Notes under the pieces: generated by a model
The model's database searches: none
Seen by the model: the letters and a program-made list of their open reading frames with translations, nothing else
What the model was told of the DNA's origin: nothing
In this document: positions 29,858-39,566 of the stretch, in pieces
Position numbering within the stretch: the stretch's first letter is position 1
Layout: each line of letters begins with the position of its first letter
NCBI GenBank assembly: GCA_964633325.1
Contig: CAZWFS010000001.1
Span: 3,063-67,062, forward strand
Origin: an uncultured Candidatus Saccharibacteria bacterium
GTDB lineage: Bacteria; Patescibacteriota; Saccharimonadia; Saccharimonadales; CAZWFS01
DNA length: 64,000 nucleotides
Reading direction: 5' to 3'
Program-made: the position numbers and the translations under genes

Positions 29858-29985
29858 AAAACTCCTGTTTGTTTTTGTTTAAGGCTCTCTATTTATTATG
29901 ACAAAAATAGCACTTTAGTTATCTGACATTAGTAGAAATATAGCTACAGTGAGTATTTACCTGTCTGTCCGTATAAAATAGGACT

Positions 29986-30753
29986 ATGAAGAAGTCCGAA
30001 CTACAAAAATTGGTTGATGAACTTTTTGCTCAAGATTATCAAGGAGCAAGCCAATCTTACTCACGACCTGTTCTTTGGCCGACAGATTACAATAAAATCA
30101 TTGAAACCGCTCGCAAGAAACTAGGAATAACCAGTAAGGCACTTATGATTATTGGTAAGAACCAGGGCATATTGAGCCGTAAAGACGGAGTTATTGGCGC
30201 AAAGGATTACTACCCAATAGCCGAGGACAAGTATCTTGAGTTGGTTATCGCTCATATAAAAAGTAGCTCTAAGGCTAAGACTGATGTTCAAGCAAAGGAG
30301 CACTTTTATTCAGTGGTTGATGAAGTCCTTGGGCGAACTGGACTATCGGAAGAATGGCGGGAGTATGTAGCGGTATTCATCGTAACTAATATGCCACCAA
30401 GTAAAAACTTTCCAGCACCTTACCCATTCATTACTGTCCAAGATACTGATGACGATTCTGTAACTATCAAAATCCACAGAGGCATACGATATGAAGAATA
30501 TATTACGGCGTGGGCTGCTCTAGCCGAGTTTCTAGGACTAGGCAGACGTAAGGCTAAAAAACTTAGCGAGAAAACAGCAGCAATCCATGCTCAAATGTAT
30601 GGCAAGCGAGAGTTCTACGGACTTACGTACAGACAATTAGCAGAGGAGTACGGCATTGAACGCCTTACCGTTGATGACGCAAAGGACTACGTTAAGAAAG
30701 TCATTAAAAGACAAAAGAAACTGCGCAATGGGGGGACAGATTTAACTAAGTGA
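29986..30753 (+). CDS. hypothetical protein with C-terminal HTH-like segment
   Basis: GLTYRQLAEEYG. Confidence 0.6.
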   Translation: MKKSELQKLVDELFAQDYQGASQSYSRPVLWPTDYNKIIETARKKLGITSKALMIIGKNQGILSRKDGVIGAKDYYPIAEDKYLELVIAHIKSSSKAKTDVQAKEHFYSVVDEVLGRTGLSEEWREYVAVFIVTNMPPSKNFPAPYPFITVQDTDDDSVTIKIHRGIRYEEYITAWAALAEFLGLGRRKAKKLSEKTAAIHAQMYGKREFYGLTYRQLAEEYGIERLTVDDAKDYVKKVIKRQKKLRNGGTDLTK

Positions 30754-30881
30754 TTTGCGTCTCCTTATAAATTATTGCATAGCATGTACGATAGTAATGT
30801 GATGATTTAAGGAACCGTTCTAGGACAAATATAAACGTCATCACATCTAGTGCGGTTCCCATTTCAGAAGGGGGTTCCATC

Positions 30882-31850
30882 ATGGACCCAATTAAAAAAA
30901 TAGACGAGCTTATGGGGCAGCATTTCCCAGAGCAGGAATACATTGTGGACAGGCTTGTGCCTGACGGTTCAATAACAATCCTGTCGGGTGCGTCAGGCTC
31001 GTTCAAGACCTACTCACTACTACAAATCGCAATAGCGGTGGCGAGTGGTAAACCGCTCTTTGAGCAGTACCAAACACAGCAAACAGGCGTACTCATCATA
31101 GATGAGGAAAACGGTGAACGCCTAATGCAGAAACGGCTGTACCAGCTCGGTGCAACAGCAGATTTGCCAATCTACTTTACGCCAAGAATGGGCTTTGAGC
31201 TGACAGAAGAAAATATAGATAACGTGCTGTTATCGTGCCTAACATACGACTTGAAGCTAGTTGTTATAGACAGCTTAATCCGTGTGCATAGCGCAGACGA
31301 AAACAGTGCCAGAGAAATGGCAAAAGTCTTTAAGCTACTACGTAAGTTTACAGAACAAGGCGTAGCGGTATTGGTAACACAGCATAACCGCAAGCCTGGC
31401 GCAAACGGTGGCGGAGCTGGCAATGAAATGCGTGGCTCAACCGATATACGGGCAGCCATAGATAGCCACATAGGCGTTACTCGCAAGAATAAGTGGTACC
31501 TAACCTTTGACCAAACCAAGCAACGCTACGATGTGGAACTTGACCCGTTCAAAGTTAAGGTGAATGCCGATAAAGACAGCTTCACCTTTGAGTACCTCGG
31601 CACTCTTACGGCGGAAGCTAACACGGCAGAACAGCTATACAAAGCGGTTACTGACCTGCTGGCGGAACATGAGCAACTTTCACAGAAAGAGCTGCTGGCA
31701 AAGCTTGCAGATACCGAAGCTAAGACTAACGAGCATACCTTGCGGGAACTGCTTAAACAGTGGGTTGCAGAAGGTGTGTTACCTCAGCCAAAACCAGGTG
31801 TTGGTAAGACTAAGTACTACCACCTTGAAGCAGAGGTTAGTAATGAGTAA
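30882..31850 (+). CDS. AAA_25/RepA-like helicase ATPase with C-terminal wHTH
   Basis: SGASGSFKT, IDEEN, VIDSL, QHNRK, RGST. Confidence 0.88.
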   Translation: MDPIKKIDELMGQHFPEQEYIVDRLVPDGSITILSGASGSFKTYSLLQIAIAVASGKPLFEQYQTQQTGVLIIDEENGERLMQKRLYQLGATADLPIYFTPRMGFELTEENIDNVLLSCLTYDLKLVVIDSLIRVHSADENSAREMAKVFKLLRKFTEQGVAVLVTQHNRKPGANGGGAGNEMRGSTDIRAAIDSHIGVTRKNKWYLTFDQTKQRYDVELDPFKVKVNADKDSFTFEYLGTLTAEANTAEQLYKAVTDLLAEHEQLSQKELLAKLADTEAKTNEHTLRELLKQWVAEGVLPQPKPGVGKTKYYHLEAEVSNE

Positions 31851-32067
31851 GCCAGAACCGAAAAACCGAGCTACTAATAGTAGTGCTAGCTTACTCGGTT
31901 CCGACAACCCACTACATGAAATGTACGAGCGTCCATTAACTAAGGCAGACGAAGAACAGATGATGTTCAACCTCGTCAACTTTGTAGAAACGCTGATAGC
32001 AATGGACAAGCAACACAAACAATGGAAAGAAAACAAGCAAGTAACTAAGGAGCAAGAAAATGAATAA
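31843..32067 (+). CDS. small hypothetical protein
   Basis: GAGG RBS; overlaps both neighbours in an operon. Confidence 0.6.
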   Translation: MSKPEPKNRATNSSASLLGSDNPLHEMYERPLTKADEEQMMFNLVNFVETLIAMDKQHKQWKENKQVTKEQENE

Positions 32068-32512
32068 GCAAGACAAGGCAACAGAAAAGTTAATGGAAAA
32101 TATATGTACCGCAGTAGCCGAGTATCACAGCAAGGCAATGTCGGACCACGTAAAGACAGCAATGCAGCAACTAGCCAAAGCTGGATATGCGCTAAGGCGC
32201 CCACCTTTTGGTTACTCAACCACAGAAACTAGCGGATTGTTCCGCATAAACCGTATAGGCATGGCTATGCGTGTAGCAATGCAGGAAGCAGCCAACGGTG
32301 AGGTTTCTAGCGAGGAGTTTAAGCTACGGCTTTCTATCCTCTTTAGCGGTGAATCACTGGATATACGTAGTAAGGCTAGTCTAAAACGAATAGTTTCAAA
32401 TCCGTACTATATCGGCTTAATACGTTGTGGCAATGAGCTGTATAAGGGCTTGCACGAGCCACTGATTACGGCAGAGGAGCAGCAGAAGCTAATAGAGATA
32501 TTGGAAGCATAG
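32060..32512 (+). CDS. stand-alone recombinase DNA-binding domain (no catalytic domain)
   Basis: RPPFGY...IVSNPYYIG...GLHEPLIT. Confidence 0.8.
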   Translation: MNKQDKATEKLMENICTAVAEYHSKAMSDHVKTAMQQLAKAGYALRRPPFGYSTTETSGLFRINRIGMAMRVAMQEAANGEVSSEEFKLRLSILFSGESLDIRSKASLKRIVSNPYYIGLIRCGNELYKGLHEPLITAEEQQKLIEILEA

Positions 32513-32590
32513 CCACTTGGGGGAGTTTATCTCCCCCTTGCTGGTAGCAATTACCAGAGGTACATCATAAAATATAAGTAGGAAACAATA

Positions 32591-34093
32591 ATGAATTATT
32601 TAATAGCACGGGTATCAGACCAAGACCAAAAGAAAGCCTTACCAGCGCAAAAGAAACGACTTGAAGACTACGCCAAGAGCTTAGACTGGATTGAGGATAA
32701 AGATTACAAATATATTGAGTTTGACGAAACAGCGTTCAAAGATAATCGCAAACGATTTAACGAACTAGTTCTAGCACCAATAGTAAATGCAATAGATAAA
32801 TCCATAATAGTCCACGATAAAGTGGACAGATTCACGAGGGATTCTTCATCAGAAGAAAAATCTATCCTTACCAGGCTTGCTAAACAAGACAAGATTGAAC
32901 TGCACTTTCCGCACGACCACCTTATTATTAACTCTGAATCAGCAGCAACGGCACATTTCCAGTTTGATATAAATGTAGCTTTAGCTAGCTACTATTCAGG
33001 GGCTATTCGGGACAATGTTAAACGCCGATTTGACCAAATGCTAGATGACGGTATCTGGATTGGACGTGCGCCAATAGGCTACGTTAATTATCAAGAACAC
33101 GACGCTAACGGCAAAGTTATTTTTAAGGGCATACGTTTGGACTTAGAGCGTGACTACCACGTCAGGAAAGGCTTTGAGTTGCGCTCCACTGGGCTGTCCT
33201 ACAAAGCTATTGCCAAAGAAATGAAGAAAGCTGGTCTGCGTAGCCGTACTGAAAAAGCCGTAGTAATCAGTGCAGCGCAGTGGGAAGAAATACTTAACAA
33301 TCCGTTTTATGTAGGCAGAATGGTGTTTAAGGGTAAAGAGTATGACCATAACTATGACACTATTGTAGAGCCTTGGCTCTGGGACAAAGTACAGGAAGTC
33401 AAAAACAGACGGGCTAATGGCAAAACCAAGTACAACAGTAAGCCATTCCTGTTTAAGAACTTAAAGTGCCACGTCTGCGGGTATTCAATAACCTTTGACG
33501 GACCTAAGCACAATGGCAAGACTTACGGGAAGTGTACCGAGTATGGTGGCAAGCACGGCGCAGTATGGGTAAATGAAGAAATACTTATTGAGCAAGTGCG
33601 TGAGCTGCTAAGAGCCATTCAGCTTCCTAAACGTCTGTTACCTAAATTAGTTGCTGAAATAGATAAGAACCACGCTAGTGAGCAAGACCGCTATGTTACT
33701 ACTAGAACTCGCTTAGAAAAAGAATATAACGCCCTGGACGAAGAACTAGAGGACTTATTTAAAGACCGCAAGCAGTTCAAAACCCGCCACGAGCTGTTTG
33801 AGCGAATGGTTAAAAAGATTGAAAAGCGTCAGAAAGATATTATGGAAGACCTGAAAGACCACAGTGCTGGCGATAAGGCGTTTGTTATCGGCGCAAGCTA
33901 CTTATTAGATGTATGTAGTCGTGCAGTTGAGTTGTTTGACGCTGAAAGTACGAAAGTGGAGCAAAAACGGTACCTAATAGAGTTCATACTTACGTACATA
34001 ACTTTGGACGGCGAAAAGCTGCATTTAACACTTAAGGAACCGTTTGAAGCGGTCATTTCATTGGCAAAAACTGGGAAATGGTACACCCGATAG
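32591..34093 (+). CDS. large serine recombinase (3' end overlaps tRNA-Arg)
   Basis: ARVS catalytic Ser, DRFTR, APIGY, NPFYVG, Zn ribbon CHVCG, coiled coil. Confidence 0.93.
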   Translation: MNYLIARVSDQDQKKALPAQKKRLEDYAKSLDWIEDKDYKYIEFDETAFKDNRKRFNELVLAPIVNAIDKSIIVHDKVDRFTRDSSSEEKSILTRLAKQDKIELHFPHDHLIINSESAATAHFQFDINVALASYYSGAIRDNVKRRFDQMLDDGIWIGRAPIGYVNYQEHDANGKVIFKGIRLDLERDYHVRKGFELRSTGLSYKAIAKEMKKAGLRSRTEKAVVISAAQWEEILNNPFYVGRMVFKGKEYDHNYDTIVEPWLWDKVQEVKNRRANGKTKYNSKPFLFKNLKCHVCGYSITFDGPKHNGKTYGKCTEYGGKHGAVWVNEEILIEQVRELLRAIQLPKRLLPKLVAEIDKNHASEQDRYVTTRTRLEKEYNALDEELEDLFKDRKQFKTRHELFERMVKKIEKRQKDIMEDLKDHSAGDKAFVIGASYLLDVCSRAVELFDAESTKVEQKRYLIEFILTYITLDGEKLHLTLKEPFEAVISLAKTGKWYTR

Positions 34094-34155
34094 GATTCGA
34101 ACCTACGACCTTTGGCTCCGCAAGCCAACGCTCTATCCAGCTGAGCTACGGGTGC
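34079..34155 (-). tRNA. tRNA-Arg(GCG)
   Basis: GCACCCGTAGCTCAGCTGGATAGAGC...TTGGC-TTGCGGA-GCCAA...GTTCGAATC...ACCA. Confidence 0.95.
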
Positions 34156-34279
34156 TCGAAAATATGATATAGAACAGAGGTGAGTTTACCATATTGTCTC
34201 AGGAAAGCCTATGGTTGCTAGAGATTTGGGTGAAATGGCAAAAAGTTCGAATTCACTTCGCGCTTTTTGGTTCCGTTTG

Positions 34280-34354
34280 TGGGAGGAGAGCAGCCAGAGA
34301 AAATGTATTCCATTTTCCCTGCGCTATGAGAGGAGGAGTCACCTCCTCTCATGG
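34280..34354. repeat. dispersed double-hairpin repeat, copy 2
   Basis: near-identical to 6245-6317. Confidence 0.85.
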
Positions 34355-34356
34355 TT

Positions 34357-34953
34357 TTAGAAGCGGACGCGGCGCATTAGGCGTTCCAGGGGATCCTGGC
34401 TACGCTGTTCTACTGGTAGGGCGGCGGAAAGCACGCGCACTATTTTATCCTCGTCCGCTGGATCGTAATAGATACTTATAGATGTCATAAACCTCTTCAG
34501 TGGCAATAACAGGATGGATCTTATGACGCCCTCTTCGAGTATGGCAAAAGATTTAAGCTCGCCGTAGCCGTAAAATTTTGGGCCAATTTGTACACCCGAC
34601 GAATTAACGGAGTACTCCAGTACCCGAGGCGTACGGGCAGCCATAACGCCGAAGACAGCGCCGACCACCACGATCATCCCAGCCGAAATCCGGTCGCCTT
34701 GGGTAAAGAAATATACAATTATAGCGGCAACAGCCGTGGCCAGACCAAGCATTACGAACCAACCAGTGGACTTGTGATGCGCTACATACTCTGAAGCAGT
34801 CCATGATACAGGCTCTATAGGCTGGATAGAATTAGCCGGCGCTTCCGGTGCCGTCTGGCCGGACGCATCCTCGGACTTGAATTGCCATCCGGGCGCTTCT
34901 TGGTCGGTTTTAGTCTCTTCCGTACCTGCGTATCCTGGCTGATCATCGTCCAT
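34357..34953 (-). CDS. two-TM membrane protein of unknown function
   Basis: WTASEY..H.K...W, two TMs, soluble C-terminal domain. Confidence 0.75.
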   Translation of the reverse strand: MDDDQPGYAGTEETKTDQEAPGWQFKSEDASGQTAPEAPANSIQPIEPVSWTASEYVAHHKSTGWFVMLGLATAVAAIIVYFFTQGDRISAGMIVVVGAVFGVMAARTPRVLEYSVNSSGVQIGPKFYGYGELKSFAILEEGVIRSILLLPLKRFMTSISIYYDPADEDKIVRVLSAALPVEQRSQDPLERLMRRVRF

Positions 34954-35005
34954 AAGCGTTATTGTACATTAGCGGGTAACTTTAACAAACGGCGGGAACC
35001 GAACG

Positions 35006-35098
35006 TGGCGGAGAGGGAGGGATTCGAACCCTCGCGGGGGATTGCTCCCCCCTATCGATTTAGCAAACCGACCCCTTCAGCCTCTTGGGTACCTCTCC
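35006..35098 (-). tRNA. tRNA-Ser(GCT)
   Basis: loop TT-GCT-AA, long variable arm, GTTCGAATC, CCA. Confidence 0.95.
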
Positions 35099-35494
35099 TT
35101 GCGCCAGACTCGGCCATTATAACAAACGCGGAGGAATACGGGCCTGGAATTTTTAGGGGCCCTCCGACTTTATAATTACTCGCTCAGGATTTTTCGGTCT
35201 CCTGGCCCGCCATACACTTGTCAAATGGCGGGACATTCGGGTCTGGAACCTTTCACCCTGTTTCTGTCCCTATACAGTCTAGCGGATAAAATGGGACACA
35301 ACCAGACTAGTTTGTGCCATTTTTGTAAAATCTCATCTGAAAATGAGACAAATGGAACAAGCGTCTCATTAAAAGACGTGTCCCATTCTATGAGGTAACT
35401 TGACTACAATCATAAGTTATGACATAGCAAGCATAACTACACGCTTATGTTAGTATAGAAGCGAAATAGTCCGTGAATCCTTGCGAGAGACGGA

Positions 35495-37099
35495 CTATTT
35501 TACTTTCTTGACCATTTTCTTGCGCCTTTCCATAGACAAAGCCAGAATAGCTTCGGTAATGTGGCGCATATTCATTGGCTCATGCCAGTTAACTTTGGTG
35601 ACTCGCACATAATGCGTCCTAGGCTTACCGTATTGATGTCTTTGGATGGTGACATGGTCGTCAATGGCGGCTTTGGCAAAAAACGCTAGGCAAAAATGCC
35701 GTTTGATAGCCGGATTAGCATTAACGTACGCTTTGGCAAAATCTAAGCCTTCCGCAAGCTGTAAGGCGCGGTCTCGACGAAAAGTGATAGTCGCTAAACG
35801 CTTCTCAGCTTCCTTGATAACGGATTTAGCTTGCTTAATGTCATGGCTGATCCGCTTTTGTTCGCTCTTCATGAGCTCGGCCGCAATCATTTTGTCATAG
35901 TAGGCCTGCAGCAAGTTCTCCTGCTCAGCTAGCAAATTATTTAGCCGCTGCTGTTGCTGTTTGACCTCGGTTTCAGCAAAGTGCTGTTCGCTCTTAAGCT
36001 CCTCGCCTACTTGCTTAACCAATAGTTCCCGGTCATCGGCCGAAACCTTGAGCCTCTTGAATTGCCGAGCGATAACTTCTTCGATCTTAGCGACTGGCAC
36101 ATATGGCAGGTCACAGCTACCGTCCTTACGATTCAGACAAAAGTAATAGCCGTATTCAACACCGTATCGATTCTTAGATACGCAGTAACAAAGGTGGCGA
36201 TCACAGCGACCGCATAAGAGTAGTCTGGATAGGTAATGGAAGTGGTGCCGGTGCTTGTTATCCCTAATTAGGTGATTAAGTCGCACCATTTGGACAGCTG
36301 CAAAGACAGATGACGTGACAATGGGCTGATGTCTGCCCTTATACTCGACGCCCATATAACGGACATAGCCCATGTAATAGCGATTGGTCAGCATCTTGTT
36401 AAGGCCGCCTAAGCTAAGTGGCGCTACGACTGAGCGTCTACGGATACGGCTCCTGAGGCCGCGTCGAGCCAGAGCTTCACACAACTGTCGTTGTCCATAG
36501 TCGCCGGTGGCATAACGTTCAAAGGCCCAGCGCACCAGTGGCGCTCGTACCGCATCGAGGATCACTGAGCGGACTTCGCGCCTATTAATTCGTTCAATGA
36601 CGTTGGTGTAACCAATGGGGGCTTGGAATGGTGTACCTCCTTGCTTGGCTTTCTCAGTGGCTCCTTTTAAAGCTTCAGCCGCCAGGTTACGGCTATAGAA
36701 CTCAGCAATGGCAGCCATAATGCCGTGTAGTAACTGGCCGGATGGTGTATCATCGATGTTTTCAGTGACACTGACAAGCTGCGCCCCACCTTTCTTGATG
36801 GCAAGGCCAATCATGACATCGTCGTGGAGATTGCGAGCTAGCCGGTCAATCTTATGAACAATGACGTATTCAATCTTCTTCTTGTCGCACAAGTCTTGTA
36901 AAAGCTGCTGCAATCCTGGTCGAGCAGCTGATCTGGCTGACTCACCACGGTCGACGTATTCTTTAATCTTGGTAGCACCCAGCTCCTTGGCTTTGCGTCT
37001 ACAAGCCTCTCGCTGCGCTGGAATCGAGAATCCATCCCGATTCGTATTACCTTTGATTTGATCGAGCGTTGACACTCGCAGATATATAGCTACTTTCAT
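35495..37099 (-). CDS. large serine recombinase
   Basis: YLRVST, DRLARN, APIGY, CGRC Zn ribbon; start after GGAGG. Confidence 0.93.
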   Translation of the reverse strand: MKVAIYLRVSTLDQIKGNTNRDGFSIPAQREACRRKAKELGATKIKEYVDRGESARSAARPGLQQLLQDLCDKKKIEYVIVHKIDRLARNLHDDVMIGLAIKKGGAQLVSVTENIDDTPSGQLLHGIMAAIAEFYSRNLAAEALKGATEKAKQGGTPFQAPIGYTNVIERINRREVRSVILDAVRAPLVRWAFERYATGDYGQRQLCEALARRGLRSRIRRRSVVAPLSLGGLNKMLTNRYYMGYVRYMGVEYKGRHQPIVTSSVFAAVQMVRLNHLIRDNKHRHHFHYLSRLLLCGRCDRHLCYCVSKNRYGVEYGYYFCLNRKDGSCDLPYVPVAKIEEVIARQFKRLKVSADDRELLVKQVGEELKSEQHFAETEVKQQQQRLNNLLAEQENLLQAYYDKMIAAELMKSEQKRISHDIKQAKSVIKEAEKRLATITFRRDRALQLAEGLDFAKAYVNANPAIKRHFCLAFFAKAAIDDHVTIQRHQYGKPRTHYVRVTKVNWHEPMNMRHITEAILALSMERRKKMVKKVK

Positions 37100-37156
37100 A
37101 GCTCCTCCCTTCATTAAGTTAGCCTTCTTATGATGGAAGGATGAGATAATATAGCT

Positions 37157-37753
37157 ATGAGACCCGAAGACTTTACCCGTATAGACTTCAGCCAGATAGA
37201 CCGTATGGCTGCAAATGCTTTGCGGGCGGCGGAACTCGTCCAGCCCAGTGTAGATAGGGCTATTGAAGTGCTCAGTCGCATACAAACAGATATTCAACCG
37301 TATATGCCCAAGATCTTAGAAGCCGTAGAACGGATTCGGCCGGTTATCCTTCGTACTTCAAGCATCTATTTCATGCCATCAAATACGTTAACTCCTACTC
37401 AAACCCAGCCCTTGCTTGCCGAGCCAGCAGTCCCACCCACTCAGCGGCTTAAAAAGAACATCTGTTTAGTTGCCGGTAACAGTTTCAAATTTAAAAACAA
37501 AGCACTCCGAGCCGTAACCCTAACATCTAAGCCTGGCAAGCTCTTGCAACTGCTACTAACAAGTAACGAGCACTTCGTCACTGATGCAGCCATCTGCCGT
37601 GAGCTAGACTTGGAAGACATACGTGGTTTTAGCTATGTGCTGCGTGATCTTAAGAAATTTTTCCGCCAAAATGAGCTCGAAATTATTATTGAAGACCGCA
37701 AAAATCCTAACGGCTATATTCTCATAGATATCCGAAAAACAGATACAAACTAA
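37157..37753 (+). CDS. hypothetical protein with C-terminal winged-HTH-like domain
   Basis: KLLQLLL...AICRELD...GYIL. Confidence 0.6.
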   Translation: MRPEDFTRIDFSQIDRMAANALRAAELVQPSVDRAIEVLSRIQTDIQPYMPKILEAVERIRPVILRTSSIYFMPSNTLTPTQTQPLLAEPAVPPTQRLKKNICLVAGNSFKFKNKALRAVTLTSKPGKLLQLLLTSNEHFVTDAAICRELDLEDIRGFSYVLRDLKKFFRQNELEIIIEDRKNPNGYILIDIRKTDTN

Positions 37754-37845
37754 CTCACTTTGACTCCTAATTAGCCATTTTTTAGTTCCGTCGTGTAACG
37801 GCACTTCTTAGCGTAGCTTTATAAGTGTTAACTAAGGAGTTAAAA

Positions 37846-39171
37846 ATGAGTGAGCAAACATTAGCAATCCAACAAGTAAGCGTCAAGGATTTAAATTCAG
37901 CGCCATACAATCCCCGTAAGTGGAGTGAAGATGCTATTAAGCAGCTGACCGACAGCATCCAGCAGTTCGGTTTGGTTGATCCAATTATTGTGAACGGTAC
38001 ACCCGAGCGTAAGAACGTGGTCATTGGTGGCCACTTCCGTTTGAAAATTGCCAAAGACCTGGGATTCAAAGAAGTGCCAGTAGTCTACGTTAATATTCCA
38101 GATGAAGCCCGCGAAAAAGAGCTGAACCTGCGGCTCAATAAAGCTGTTGGTGACTGGGAGTGGACGTTGCTGGCTGAATTCGATGAAACTCTGCTGGTAA
38201 ATGTTGGTTTCACTAGCGAGGAACTGGACACCATCTTCGACCTTGATGAAGTCATACCAGAAGAATTTGACCTGCAGAAGGAGTTAGATAAGCTCAAGAT
38301 CACTGAGATCAAGGTTGAGAAAGGCGACGTCTACCAGCTCGGTGATTCGCGTCTAATGTGCGGTGACTCCACCATTCCTGAAGATTTTGCCAAGCTGATG
38401 AACGGCGAACAGGCTGACATGTGCCTGACTGACCCACCCTATATCCTCGACTACTTAAAAAGTGGCAAACGCCATGGCAAGCCTACCGAAGGCTTTGGTG
38501 CTAAGAAAAACCGTCGCTACCTGGAAACTGACGTCTTGCCAGACAACTTTACTGAGCTTTGGATGGCCAACGTCGCTGCCCATGCCAAATCAGACTTCAG
38601 CATCATTGTCTACGAGAACTGGAAAAACCTACGCATCATCTGGACCGAGATGGAAAAGTACTGGAAGGTTAAAAACATGATCGTCTGGCATTTGCCAAAC
38701 CGCAATCAAGGTTTTGCAGCCAAGTACAAGTTTTTCTCTAAGCACGACATTGCCATGGTCGGTGCTAGCGGCGATATACCGTACAACCATGATGAGGAGC
38801 CGGAGGGCCTGCAAGAAGAATACGAATCAGCACTTTTCGCAATTGCTGGCAAACCTCAGTGGGAGGGCTACCAAAAAGGTAGAAAGTACCAGCCAACCGA
38901 CTTTATCGACTTTAATGCCGCCGACGAGAAAAGCTCTGGTCAGGCCATTATCTTCGGTGTTAAGCCGCTGGAAATCCTAATCCCATACATAAAGGTCCTG
39001 ACTAAACGTGGTGACCTAGTTGTAGAACCATTTTGCGGCAGCGGCAGCACTTTAGTTGCAGCCACCAAACTGCACCGGCGCTGTTACATCATGGAAAAGT
39101 CACCAGTCTACGCTGAAGTCGCTATGGATCGCTGGGAAAAAGCGACTGGTCTCAAGCGAGTTAAGCTATGA
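37846..39171 (+). CDS. ParB-like domain fused to N4/N6 DNA methyltransferase
   Basis: YNPRK...GGHFR; TDPPY; EPFCGSGST. Confidence 0.92.
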   Translation: MSEQTLAIQQVSVKDLNSAPYNPRKWSEDAIKQLTDSIQQFGLVDPIIVNGTPERKNVVIGGHFRLKIAKDLGFKEVPVVYVNIPDEAREKELNLRLNKAVGDWEWTLLAEFDETLLVNVGFTSEELDTIFDLDEVIPEEFDLQKELDKLKITEIKVEKGDVYQLGDSRLMCGDSTIPEDFAKLMNGEQADMCLTDPPYILDYLKSGKRHGKPTEGFGAKKNRRYLETDVLPDNFTELWMANVAAHAKSDFSIIVYENWKNLRIIWTEMEKYWKVKNMIVWHLPNRNQGFAAKYKFFSKHDIAMVGASGDIPYNHDEEPEGLQEEYESALFAIAGKPQWEGYQKGRKYQPTDFIDFNAADEKSSGQAIIFGVKPLEILIPYIKVLTKRGDLVVEPFCGSGSTLVAATKLHRRCYIMEKSPVYAEVAMDRWEKATGLKRVKL

Positions 39172-39566
39172 GCCGTAACCAAAAAACAGATAAGAAACGC
39201 TTGCTAGAGAAGTTAGCTAAGACACCAATTGTGGAAATCGCCTGCAAGCAAGCTGGTGTACCACGTAGCACCTACTACCGGTGGCGTAAGGATGATGAAA
39301 CCTTTGCCAACCAGTGCGACGAAACCATTGAGCAAAGCGCAGGCCTGATCAATGACATGGCTGAGAGCCAGCTTATCCAAGCCATTAAAGACCAGAACAT
39401 GACGGCTATTATCTTTTGGTTGAAGCACCACCATCCAACCTACTATGCCCGACTTCGGCTGGATGGGCACATCAAACATGAGAGTGAGGAACTAACGCCA
39501 GAACAGACCGAGGCGGTCGTTCGGGCGCTGGCATTCTTGAAGGAGAGTAACGATGGCAGTGGCTGA
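39168..39566 (+). CDS. terminase small subunit-like HTH protein
   Basis: ACKQAGVPRSTYYRW...AIIFWLK; directly upstream of TerL. Confidence 0.75.
   Translation: MSRNQKTDKKRLLEKLAKTPIVEIACKQAGVPRSTYYRWRKDDETFANQCDETIEQSAGLINDMAESQLIQAIKDQNMTAIIFWLKHHHPTYYARLRLDGHIKHESEELTPEQTEAVVRALAFLKESNDGSG

Larger units (their letters stand above)
24275..34084. mobile_element. integrative element 1 (serine recombinase) inserted at the tRNA-Arg 3' end
   Basis: TGGTAC core at 24275-24280 and 34079-34084; recombinase ORF runs into the tRNA; visibly more AT-rich cargo. Confidence 0.8.

Noticed and set aside
34194-34481. Similar short ORFs at 6244 and 34194 (FHFPCAMRGG.TSSHG)
   Set aside because: Translation of the non-coding repeat; they run antisense into real genes
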